Assembly (NCBI GenBank): GCA_053919585.1
Contig: CM132828.1
Reading direction: 5' to 3' (one strand)
Length of the DNA: 64,000 bases
Origin: Euprymna scolopes
Lineage: Eukaryota
The position numbers and the translations under genes were made by a program. Positions 1-11,800 of the stretch are shown here, one piece after another. Position 1 is the stretch's first letter; the number at the start of each line of letters is the position of its first letter. Under the pieces are notes generated by a model that saw only the letters and a program-made list of their open reading frames with translations, was not told the origin of the DNA and ran no database searches.

Positions 1-190
1 AATAAAACGTCAATAAACAAAATATTAAGTATATATTGAATATCTTTATATAATGAAAACAAGTTTGAAAATAAAACGTCAATAAACAAAATATTAAGTA
101 TATATTTAATATCTTTATGTAATGAAAACAAGTTTGAAAATAAAACGTCAATAAACAAAATATTAAGTATATATTTAATATCTTTATGTG
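1..190. repeat. AT-rich 69-bp tandem repeat (~2.7 copies visible, runs off window start)
   Basis: AATAAAACGTCAATAAACAAAATATTAAG... recurs at 1, 70 and 139. Confidence 0.9.
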
Positions 191-358
191 ACGAAACGAG
201 GTTATAATGTCAGAGCCAAGAATAACATTTGTTAATGTTAGATTGATTTCCAACATGAAAAAATCCTTGCATAAACAACCTACTAATTTTTTTATTGTAA
301 GATGCTGGCATATCTCTCTCCCCCTCTTTTTCCCTCTCTCTTTCTGTCCCTCTCTGTG

Positions 359-369
359 TATATATATAT

Positions 370-448
<79 letters not shown>
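359..448. repeat. (TA)n microsatellite
   Basis: Direct reading. Confidence 0.97.
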
Positions 449-451
<3 letters not shown>

Positions 452-757
452 AGTGAGAGAGATTGCAGACATTTTCATGGAAGGATAATTTTTCCTAATT
501 TACTATGCTACGAACTTTAAATTATGCAACTTTGTGAAAATAACATTGGTCATATTGGAAATATTCACCAGCAAATTCCCTAGAGCATGAAAGCAGGCTT
601 TTATTGAAGCAAACTTTTTGAGCTTCTAATTAAGGAAAGGGATGTTTTCCAGTCGTCCCAACATTGTGTTCTTTATGGACACATCAGCTTGACACAAAGA
701 GTTATGCAAATAGGATGAAGTACTTAAGACCTGTACACTAGAAATAAACATGGTTCC

Positions 758-1835
758 TTTTTTTTTACATGGAGTTCACCGCTTATCAAGGCCCAATGGC
801 CACTCAGGGATAAGGGTTATTGTGTGTACAGTAATCAAAGGGATAGTGTAGCAATAGTATTGGAGAATTGGTAAGGGGTCATTACTTAGGGGGGGTGTTC
901 ATCAGGAATTTGTTTGTGTTGGACTTAAAGACATCCAGGTTGAAGTCGGGAGGGAAACAGGCAAGCAGAACAGAGTTCCACAGGCGTGCAGTTCTAAGAA
1001 AGAAGCTTTGTTCATGGTATCTACGTTTTGATTTAGGCACAGATAGGGAGTGGGGAAAATTATTGACGTTGGTTTCAAATAGTTAGGTGTTTTTTTAGAA
1101 AGATTGGTGAGGGGGAACCAGAGAATGGAGCTCAGACGAGCACCTGCCATGGAAATAACGATAGAACAATGACAGGCTCGCTATATCTCTTCTGTGGGAA
1201 AGACATTGCAGGGTAGAGAAAAGGGCATCCCCTACCAAGCCACGGAGTCTATTTTGTACTCTCTCAAGGCAAGATAGGCTGTTTTTAGCAGCCCCCGCCC
1301 AGATGTGGCAGCAGTACTCCATCTTTTGACGTACTTGGCTCTTATATAGATAGAGAATTGCATCATTAGTGAGATATCTTCTGGAGCGGTAGAAGGATCC
1401 CACCATTTTCCCAGCGACCTTGGCCACAGACTTGATGTATGTGTTCCATTTAAGATCAGGTGTAAAGGTCAAACCCAGGAGCTTGTCAAAGCCTGGGGTC
1501 TCCCTTAGAGGAGAGCCATCAATTTCAATTGATGCCGGATGGGGATCAGAGCGTTTATGATGTAGAGATAGGAGCTTGGTCTAAGATGCATTAAAGGTAA
1601 CCAGTCACCTCTTTCCCCACTGTACCACGCGCTCAAGATCAGAGGAGAGAGAATCAGAGAGAACATCATCATTTACGGTCTTTGATGTGTTGCCATACAT
1701 GGTCGTGTCATCAGCATAGATGTCAACGAAAGATTTTCGTATGTGTTTTGGGAGATCATTGGTGTAGATTAGGAAGAGAGTTGGGCCCAGTATGGACCCC
1801 TGAGGGACTCTAGCATTAATACTGTGGGCCTCTGA
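758..1835 (-). mobile_element. 5'-truncated CR1/L2-group LINE (RT C-terminal part, 3' UTR, A tail), degenerate
   Basis: Minus-strand peptides PQGSILGPTLFLIYTNDLP, YADDTT, MEYCCHIWAGA, RRDIASLSLFYRYFHG; T-run at 758-766 is the tail; stop at 1605; related copies at 46772, 47510 and 56606. Confidence 0.92.
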
Positions 1836-2225
1836 CCAAATATTCAAAATCACATTTTGTATTCGCTGCTCAAATAAGATCTCCTCACTATGGCTAACCC
1901 ATATTAGGTTTTTCCGAGGAATGGAGCACCTTCTCCAAGTGATGTTACCTCAAGTAACAGCACGAGAATAGATACTCCACCAGACTAGATAAATTCTTGT
2001 CCTGGAATTCGGTAAGAGCAAAAAAACAAAATAAAAGATATACTACAACATATAAAAATGGTTAATTGGGGAGAGGAAAATTATGTCTTAAACTTCTTTA
2101 TTAACTCAGTGTTTGAGAAAAAAAGAACTTAATGTATCTCATATAGAGTTCAAGTGTTAGCCCCATGTTGTGGGCCCCTTGATTTCTGAGAACTTGTAAT
2201 GATATAAAATAAAACAAAACAAAAA
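1832..2225 (+). mobile_element. Non-autonomous SINE-like element, copy 1 (5' part missing)
   Basis: Aligns by eye along its length with 53588-53990 and with the reverse complement of 62722-63130; A-rich tail abuts ZF linker sequence GTGAAAAGCCACATTCT. Confidence 0.85.
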
Positions 2226-2470
2226 GTGAAAAGCCACATTCTGGTGAAGTGACACATATGAGAACTCACACTTAGGAAAAGCCACATTCTTATAAAGTTT
2301 GTGGATATTCTTTTTCTCACAAATCAAATTTTGTTAGACATAAGAATTCACCGGTGAATTATTAATGTAACTAATGTGGATATTCTTATTTTAAAAATCG
2401 AACTTTAGTGATTCATGAGAAAAAACACACTAGTAATAAAACTATTTTCTTGCAAACCGTGTGCATAGGA
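2226..2470 (+). pseudogene. Degenerate C2H2 zinc-finger array remnant
   Basis: GAAAAGCCACATTCT (EKPHS), CATATGAGAACTCACACT (HMRTHT), TGTGGATATTCT (CGYS), with stops and indels; same codon usage as 52777-53475. Confidence 0.85.
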
Positions 2471-3104
2471 ACTAGCATTCTTATGTATGCGAAATTTAAT
2501 CCAGTTAACATAAAAACAAGATTGATGAAACTATCGTAAAAGACTTGCTATACTCCAACAAATAAACGACTATTGCTATTCTGAAACGAATTGGTTAAAA
2601 GGAAAAGGTCACTAAAATATATAAACGTTATACAATTTTATATACCACTTTTGGAGGAGAAAATATACCAGTAAAATCTTGAGAAATACTTAGCCAAAAT
2701 CCATGGACGAGGAATCTGTCGAGCTTATTATAAGCAGTTATACACGCGTTTCTGTTAGATAATAATATTGTGAAAAGTTAAATTAGTTATTATTGATCTA
2801 TTTATCTATCTAGTTATATTGTTAAAATTGTTTACATTGGGAGTTATTGTTTATATAATAACGTGTAGCAATGAGTTTTAGCTGAGGATGTTTACATACA
2901 TTCGCTAGGTTAAATAAACAAAATGGCTTTGGGCAAGCATGCGTGGAAAGGTCACACATTAATATTCATGTGATTGTTACTGATGCTATAACGGAACTGA
3001 GGTGAAGGTCGGAAAGGTTAGAGAAAGAGTTTGAGCTTAGTCACTGACGAAAACGGTCGTGCTTCAAGCCAGGAAGCTAGATTTTGAAGAACAAGCATGT
3101 AGAC

Positions 3105-3410
3105 ATTAAATTTAAATGTACAACGTATACTTTTTCAAAAAGGATATTTATCAGAAACCACTTATCAACATGGAATTTAAATGTCAAAAGTATATTTTCC
3201 AAAAGGATATTATTATAAACAACTTGTTAACATGAAATTTAAATGTCAAATTATATTTTTCACAATGATATTATTCAGAAAAAACTTATGAATTAAAATT
3301 TCAAAAGGGTAATTTATCAGAAACAACTTATCTACATGTAATTTAAATATTAAAAGTGTAAATTTAAAAAACAACAACAACTTATCAACATGGAATTTAA
3401 ATCTAAAAGA
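3105..3410. repeat. Diverged ~59-bp AT-rich tandem repeat
   Basis: ACTTATCAACATGGAATTTAAAT-like motif recurs about 5 times. Confidence 0.55.
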
Positions 3411-4449
3411 ATTACCCCCTTATTATAGCAATTTTTTTTTATCAAAATTGCATATCAATTGGATGTTTTTTTTATTCAAGCAGCAGCATTCCTACTGTGC
3501 CAAATTTCAGTGAAGCCCCAATCCATTTCCATTATGTCGAAACCACGCGAATCAGTTACCTGACACGATGGACAAGTATGATATTCATACTATAGGATGT
3601 ATGCTCAAAGGGACACCGCAAAAAATCATGCAACATCCCGCAAACAATTTATTTTAAACTCTGGATCAACTGATAAAAAGTGAATAAAAAATTATGAAAC
3701 TCATACAAATATTTAATTATTTAATAGTGGCATCATTGACTTTTACATTACAATTTGTTTAGATTTGAAAATATGTTTTCAACTTGTAAATTTAGGTATT
3801 ACAATTTTTTATGTATGATAGTATTTTCAACCTGAAATTTTGGTATGTTTTAAAACTTATCAACATCTTTGGTATCTAATAAGTAATTTCTGTTTTTACA
3901 ATCATTTCTTTATAATCATATAGTCTTAGTTTAGTTAATTTAACCCTGAATAAATATTTTATTAAAATATACTTTAGAAATTATTTATTCTCATGATAAA
4001 ATGTTAAAGCATTTTATTAAAATGTAGTTAGGATTTTCTTTCAGCAAATACTACACATATTTTAAAGTACTTTTTAGCTTGTAAATTTTTAAGATTATTA
4101 AAGCGATTCTTTTTTTTGTATTTTTCAACCTGAAAAATTTTGTGTATTTTAAAGATTATTAAAAACTTTTATATCCAATAAATAATTTCTGTTTTCTACA
4201 ATCATTAGATAATTCAACTTTGAATAAAGATTTTGCACATATTTTATAAATTAAATAAATCACTGTTTGATACAATGTTAAAGCACTGTAATACCATGTG
4301 ATTTAGATTTTATTTCAACAATTTTAAAGTTTCTGATTCATTGATATGCTGACGATATTTTTCTACAATCATTTAATGTTATTCAGTTGTGATTATTTCA
4401 ACAAATAACATTAAAGATTCTTGTGAATACCATTGCTATTCTTTCAATA

Positions 4450-4650
4450 CTTTTCTGCAATGGCACAGATAGTTGCATATAACGTTATCTGTTATAGGAG
4501 GAAATACAGTGAGTTGGTCGCAAAATGGAGAATTAGCTTGGCAAATAGTTTGGCTTTGTCTGTTGCTGATGAGATGATCTTAGATCCATTGCTGCTCAGG
4601 ATATTGTTTGCTATTTGCAAAAACTGGTGGAATCAAGCCGCTGCTCCGCT
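4450..4650 (-). mobile_element. Short internal fragment of the same CR1/L2-group LINE family
   Basis: Minus strand reads FLQIANNIL...ISSATDKAKLFAK and VFPPITDNVICN, matching DEAKLFAKNF...PFPPVTENTLCN at 47520-47670. Confidence 0.6.
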
Positions 4651-5304
4651 ACTTTGGATTTAACGGACAGCATATAACCCTCTTGCATTTTTTATTACTC
4701 TTTTACAGTGGTTTCTGGCTGTCCTGAAAGCAGCTTTAGTCTCAGTACATCTATTACGTTGTTAGCTATGGGAAAAGTGATTATTGTAATGTCCACATGT
4801 TTTCCGAAGTTCATTTTCACAAACACCACATACGCAGATGTGACAGAAAAGAATATAGACCAACAGAAGCAGTTTATTTCAATAAACATAATTTATAGAA
4901 CGAAATAAAAATAAATTGTCATAAATTTAATAATACTTCCTGGATGTTCCCTTTGCTGTTTTTAATGCGAGGACCCATCTAGGCATAGCATTGATCAGTT
5001 GACGAATATTATCTTGAAAATTTTCTTACCATGACATGCAATAATGCTAGAAGTTAATGCTTAAAACATGGTTTCCTTTTTATGAAGATCTCCGTCTAAA
5101 GTCTAAAGGTTATCAATTGGGTTCATATCCGGGTATTAACGTTGCTATGGAAGTTTAATGATCCCATTTTGGCTCAACCCATGTTTTATACAGTAAAGTG
5201 GCAAGGAGATCCGTCTCATAAATATGGAGTTAACTTCGTTCATTTTATCACTTTACAATTTCATATGCAGATTGGTGTGTGTCTGTAGAGGTAATGCACG
5301 TGTT

Positions 5305-5306
<2 letters not shown>

Positions 5307-5347
<41 letters not shown>
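5307..5347. repeat. (GT)n microsatellite
   Basis: Direct reading. Confidence 0.95.
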
Positions 5348-5348
<1 letters not shown>

Positions 5349-5466
5349 GGAAACTTTTGGATGATGTATGTGTGGAATATGAGGTTGTGTGAGCGGGTGT
5401 GTATTTTGCAGAAAGTGACTGTGAAGCACCTGCCCTGTTGAGGCTTCCACAATGTAGAATAGCGGC

Positions 5467-5857
5467 TTAGTGTAGACTAGTTTGACGACTTTTTAGTGTC
5501 TTTGTCTTGTACTCGCACCCGTTGTTCTGTGCTAATATCAGGGAGGTCCTTAGTGGCAACTGTCTCAGGAGTAGGCGCTCCTGAATCTCTTCTTCCTGGA
5601 CATTTTGGTTGACGCATTTAACGAGTAGTTTACTGGCCAATTTCCGATTGAATAGCAGCTTCCTCAACGATGGGATTGCATGGGCTAACAGTGTCGATCA
5701 GAGACACAACAGACTCACGCTTATGTTTCAACCGCTTAGTATAGCTTTCTCATCGTCTCTATGGAGCGTTCGACCATGTCATTCGATTGTGGGCACCTTG
5801 GAGAAGAGTTGATGTGTTCAAAACCCCATGCTTTGGCAAAGTCTTTGAAATGCTGTG
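5467..5857 (-). pseudogene. Gypsy integrase C-terminal remnant (left flank of satellite)
   Basis: SSQHFKDFAKAWGFEHINSSPRCPQSNDMVERSIETMRK resembles the rve motif F..WG..H.TSSP.YPQSNG.VER. Confidence 0.88.
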
Positions 5858-8800
5858 AGCTAAACTGTGGGCAATTGTCATTGATAAGTCTTTCACCAAA
5901 GATTTGTTTGATACAATCGATGACTTTCCTTACTAGAGAGTCCCCATAGTTTGTGGATGAAATGTTACTTTGAATAGTAATCAATGATAGGGAGGTAATT
6001 CATACCGTCAAGTCGAAAATGTCGGTAGCTAAACTGTGGGCAATTGTCATTGATAAGTCTTTCACCAAAGATTTGTTTGATACAATCGATGACTTTCCTT
6101 ACTAGAGAGTCCCCATAGTTTGTGGATGAAATGTTACTTTGAATAGTAATCAATGATAGGGAGGTAATTCATACCGTCAAGTCGAAAATGTCGGTAGCTA
6201 AACTGTGGGCAATTGTCATTGATAAGTCTTTCACCAAAGATTTGTTTGATACAATCGATGACTTTCCTTACTAGAGAGTCCCCATAGTTTGTGGATGAAA
6301 TGTTACTTTGAATAGTAATCAATGATAGGGAGGTAATTCATACCGTCAAGTCGAAAATGTCGGTAGCTAAACTGTGGGCAATTGTCATTGATAAGTCTTT
6401 CACCAAAGATTTGTTTGATACAATCGATGACTTTCCTTACTAGAGAGTCCCCATAGTTTGTGGATGAAATGTTACTTTGAATAGTAATCAATGATAGGGA
6501 GGTAATTCATACCGTCAAGTCGAAAATGTCGGTAGCTAAACTGTGGGCAATTGTCATTGATAAGTCTTTCACCAAAGATTTGTTTGATACAATCGATGAC
6601 TTTCCTTACTAGAGAGTCCCCATAGTTTGTGGATGAAATGTTACTTTGAATAGTAATCAATGATAGGGAGGTAATTCATACCGTCAAGTCGAAAATGTCG
6701 GTAGCTAAACTGTGGGCAATTGTCATTGATAAGTCTTTCACCAAAGATTTGTTTGATACAATCGATGACTTTCCTTACTAGAGAGTCCCCATAGTTTGTG
6801 GATGAAATGTTACTTTGAATAGTAATCAATGATAGGGAGGTAATTCATACCGTCAAGTCGAAAATGTCGGTAGCTAAACTGTGGGCAATTGTCATTGATA
6901 AGTCTTTCACCAAAGATTTGTTTGATACAATCGATGACTTTCCTTACTAGAGAGTCCCCCATAGTTTGTGGATGAAATGTTACTTTGAATAGTAATCAAT
7001 GATAGGGAGGTAATTCATACCGTCAAGTCGAAAATGTCGGTAGCTAAACTGTGGGCAATTGTCATTGATAAGTCTTTCACCAAAGATTTGTTTGATACAA
7101 TCGATGACTTTCCTTACTAGAGAGTCCCCATAGTTTGTGGATGAAATGTTACTTTGAATAGTAATCAATGATAGGGAGGTAATTCATACCGTCAAGTCGA
7201 AAATGTCGGTAGCTAAACTGTGGGCAATTGTCATTGATAAGTCTTTCACCAAAGATTTGTTTGATACAATCGATGACTTTCCTTACTAGAGAGTCCCCAT
7301 AGTTTGTGGATGAAATGTTACTTTGAATAGTAATCAATGATAGGGAGGTAATTCATACCGTCAAGTCGAAAATGTCGGTAGCTAAACTGTGGGCAATTGT
7401 CATTGATAAGTCTTTCACCAAAGATTTGTTTGATACAATCGATGACTTTCCTTACTAGAGTCCCCATAGTTTGTGGATGAAATGTTACTTTGAATAGTAA
7501 TCAATGATAGGGAGGTAATTCATACCGTCAAGTCGAAAATGTCGGTAGCTAAACTGTGGGCAATTGTCATTGATAAGTCTTTCACCAAAGATTTGTTTGA
7601 TACAATCGATGACTTTCCTTACTAGAGAGTCCCCATAGTTTGTGGATGAAATGTTACTTTGAATAGTAATCAATGATAGGGAGGTAATTCATACCGTCAA
7701 GTCGAAAATGTCGGTAGCTAAACTGTGGGCAATTGTCATTGATAAGTCTTTCACCAAAGATTTGTTTGATACAATCGATGACTTTCCTTACTAGAGAGTC
7801 CCCATAGTTTGTGGATGAAATGTTACTTTGAATAGTAATCAATGATAGGGAGGTAATTCATACCGTCAAGTCGAAAATGTCGGTAGCTAAACTGTGGGCA
7901 ATTGTCATTGATAAGTCTTTCACCAAAGATTTGTTTGATACAATCGATGACTTTCCTTACTAGAGAGTCCCCATAGTTTGTGGATGAAATGTTACTTTGA
8001 ATAGTAATCAATGATAGGGAGGTAATTCATACCGTCAAGTCGAAAATGTCGGTAGCTAAACTGTGGGCAATTGTCATTGATAAGTCTTTCACCAAAGATT
8101 TGTTTGATACAATCGATGACTTTCCTTACTAGAGAGTCCCCATAGTTTGTGGATGAAATGTTACTTTGAATAGTAATCAATGATAGGGAGGTAATTCATA
8201 CCGTCAAGTCGAAAATGTCGGTAGCTAAACTGTGGGCAATTGTCATTGATAAGTCTTTCACCAAAGATTTGTTTGATACAATCGATGACTTTCCTTACTA
8301 GAGAGTCCCCATAGTTTGTGGATGAAATGTTACTTTGAATAGTAATCAATGATAGGGAGGTAATTCATACCGTCAAGTCGAAAATGTCGGTAGCTAAACT
8401 GTGGGCAATTGTCATTGATAAGTCTTTCACCAAAGATTTGTTTGATACAATCGATGACTTTCCTTACTAGAGAGTCCCCATAGTTTGTGGATGAAATGTT
8501 ACTTTGAATAGTAATCAATGATAGGGAGGTAATTCATACCGTCAAGTCGAAAATGTCGGTAGCTAAACTGTGGGCAATTGTCATTGATAAGTCTTTCACC
8601 AAAGATTTGTTTGATACAATCGATGACTTTCCTTACTAGAGAGTCCCCATAGTTTGTGGATGAAATGTTACTTTGAATAGTAATCAATGATAGGGAGGTA
8701 ATTCATACCGTCAAGTCGAAAATGTCGGTAGCTAAACTGTGGGCAATTGTCATTGATAAGTCTTTCACCAAAGATTTGTTTGATACAATCGATGACTTTC

Positions 8801-11800
8801 CTTACTAGAGAGTCCCCATAGTTTGTGGATGAAATGTTACTTTGAATAGTAATCAATGATAGGGAGGTAATTCATACCGTCAAGTCGAAAATGTCGGTAG
8901 CTAAACTGTGGGCAATTGTCATTGATAAGTCTTTCACCAAAGATTTGTTTGATACAATCGATGACTTTCCTTGCTAGAGAGTCCCCATAGTTTGTGGATG
9001 AAATGTTACTTTGAATAGTAATCAATGATAGGGAGGTAATTCATACCGTCAAGTCGAAAATGTCGGTAGCTAAACTGTGGGCAATTGTCATTGATAAGTC
9101 TTTCACCAAAGATTTGTTTGATACAATCGATGACTTTCCTTACTAGAGAGTCCCCATAGTTTGTGGATGAAATGTTACTTTGAATAGTAATCAATGATAG
9201 GGAGGTAATTCATACCGTCAAGTCGAAAATGTCGGTAGCTAAACTGTGGGCAATTGTCATTGATAAGTCTTTCACCAAAGATTTGTTTGATACAATCGAT
9301 GACTTTCCTTACTAGAGAGTCCCCATAGTTTGTGGATGAAATGTTACTTTGAATAGTAATCAATGATAGGGAGGTAATTCATACCGTCAAGTCGAAAATG
9401 TCGGTAGCTAAACTGTGGGCAATTGTCATTGATAAGTCTTTCACCAAAGATTTGTTTGATACAATCGATGACTTTCCTTACTAGAGAGTCCCCATAGTTT
9501 GTGGATGAAATGTTACTTTGAATAGTAATCAATGATAGGGAGGTAATTCATACCGTCAAGTCGAAAATGTCGGTAGCTAAACTGTGGGCAATTGTCATTG
9601 ATAAGTCTTTCACCAAAGATTTGTTTGATACAATCGATGACTTTCCTTACTAGAGAGTCCCCATAGTTTGTGGATGAAATGTTACTTTGAATAGTAATCA
9701 ATGATAGGGAGGTAATTCATACCGTCAAGTCGAAAATGTCGGTAGCTAAACTGTGGGCAATTGTCATTGATAAGTCTTTCACCAAAGATTTGTTTGATAC
9801 AATCGATGACTTTCCTTACTAGAGAGTCCCCATAGTTTGTGGATGAAATGTTACTTTGAATAGTAATCAATGATAGGGAGGTAATTCATACCGTCAAGTC
9901 GAAAATGTCGGTAGCTAAACTGTGGGCAATTGTCATTGATAAGTCTTTCACCAAAGATTTGTTTGATACAATCGATGACTTTCCTTACTAGAGAGTCCCC
10001 ATAGTTTGTGGATGAAATGTTACTTTGAATAGTAATCAATGATAGGGAGGTAATTCATACCGTCAAGTCGAAAATGTCGGTAGCTAAACTGTGGGCAATT
10101 GTCATTGATAAGTCTTTCACCAAAGATTTGTTTGATACAATCGATGACTTTCCTTGCTAGAGAGTCCCCATAGTTTGTGGATGAAATGTTACTTTGAATA
10201 GTAATCAATGATAGGGAGGTAATTCATACCGTCAAGTCGAAAATGTCGGTAGCTAAACTGTGGGCAATTGTCATTGATAAGTCTTTCACCAAAGATTTGT
10301 TTGATACAATCGATGACTTTCCTTACTAGAGAGTCCCCATAGTTTGTGGATGAAATGTTACTTTGAATAGTAATCAATGATAGGGAGGTAATTCATACCG
10401 TCAAGTCGAAAATGTCGGTAGCTAAACTGTGGGCAATTGTCATTGATAAGTCTTTCACCAAAGATTTGTTTGATACAATCGATGACTTTCCTTACTAGAG
10501 AGTCCCCATAGTTTGTGGATGAAATGTTACTTTGAATAGTAATCAATGATAGGGAGGTAATTCATACCGTCAAGTCGAAAATGTCGGTAGCTAAACTGTG
10601 GGCAATTGTCATTGATAAGTCTTTCACCAAAGATTTGTTTGATACAATCGATGACTTTCCTTGCTAGAGAGTCCCCATAGTTTGTGGATGAAATGTTACT
10701 TTGAATAGTAATCAATGATAGGGAGGTAATTCATACCGTCAAGTCGAAAATGTCGGTAGCTAAACTGTGGGCAATTGTCATTGATAAGTCTTTCACCAAA
10801 GATTTGTTTGATACAATCGATGACTTTCCTTGCTAGAGAGTCCCCATAGTTTGTGGATGAAATGTTACTTTGAATAGTAATCAATGATAGGGAGGTAATT
10901 CATACCGTCAAGTCGAAAATGTCGGTAGCTAAACTGTGGGCAATTGTCATTGATAAGTCTTTCACCAAAGATTTGTTTGATACAATCGATGACTTTCCTT
11001 ACTAGAGTCCCCATAGTTTGTGGATGAAATGTTACTTTGAATAGTAATCAATGATAGGGAGGTAATTCATACCGTCAAGTCGAAAATGTCGGTAGCTAAA
11101 CTGTGGGCAATTGTCATTGATAAGTCTTTCACCAAAGATTTGTTTGATACAATCGATGACTTTCCTTACTAGAGAGTCCCCATAGTTTGTGGATGAAATG
11201 TTACTTTGAATAGTAATCAATGATAGGGAGGTAATTCATACCGTCAAGTCGAAAATGTCGGTAGCTAAACTGTGGGCAATTGTCATTGATAAGTCTTTCA
11301 CCAAAGATTTGTTTGATACAATCGATGACTTTCCTTACTAGAGAGTCCCCATAGTTTGTGGATGAAATGTTACTTTGAATAGTAATCAATGATAGGGAGG
11401 TAATTCATACCGTCAAGTCGAAAATGTCGGTAGCTAAACTGTGGGCAATTGTCATTGATAAGTCTTTCACCAAAGATTTGTTTGATACAATCGATGACTT
11501 TCCTTACTAGAGAGTCCCCATAGTTTGTGGATGAAATGTTACTTTGAATAGTAATCAATGATAGGGAGGTAATTCATACCGTCAAGTCGAAAATGTCGGT
11601 AGCTAAACTGTGGGCAATTGTCATTGATAAGTCTTTCACCAAAGATTTGTTTGATACAATCGATGACTTTCCTTACTAGAGAGTCCCCATAGTTTGTGGA
11701 TGAAATGTTACTTTGAATAGTAATCAATGATAGGGAGGTAATTCATACCGTCAAGTCGAAAATGTCGGTAGCTAAACTGTGGGCAATTGTCATTGATAAG

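Noticed and set aside
207-520. YIYI ORFs (also THTH/ERER/CVCV ORFs at 5253-5452, 44379-44800, 45044-45310)
   Set aside because: Translations of microsatellites
3820-4330. Diverged ~300-bp AT-rich duplication
   Set aside because: Low complexity and poorly bounded; nothing functional can be supported
4900-5460. 3' LTR of the large Gypsy element
   Set aside because: No sequence matching 44258 onward and no clear polypurine tract, so the element's ends cannot be defined
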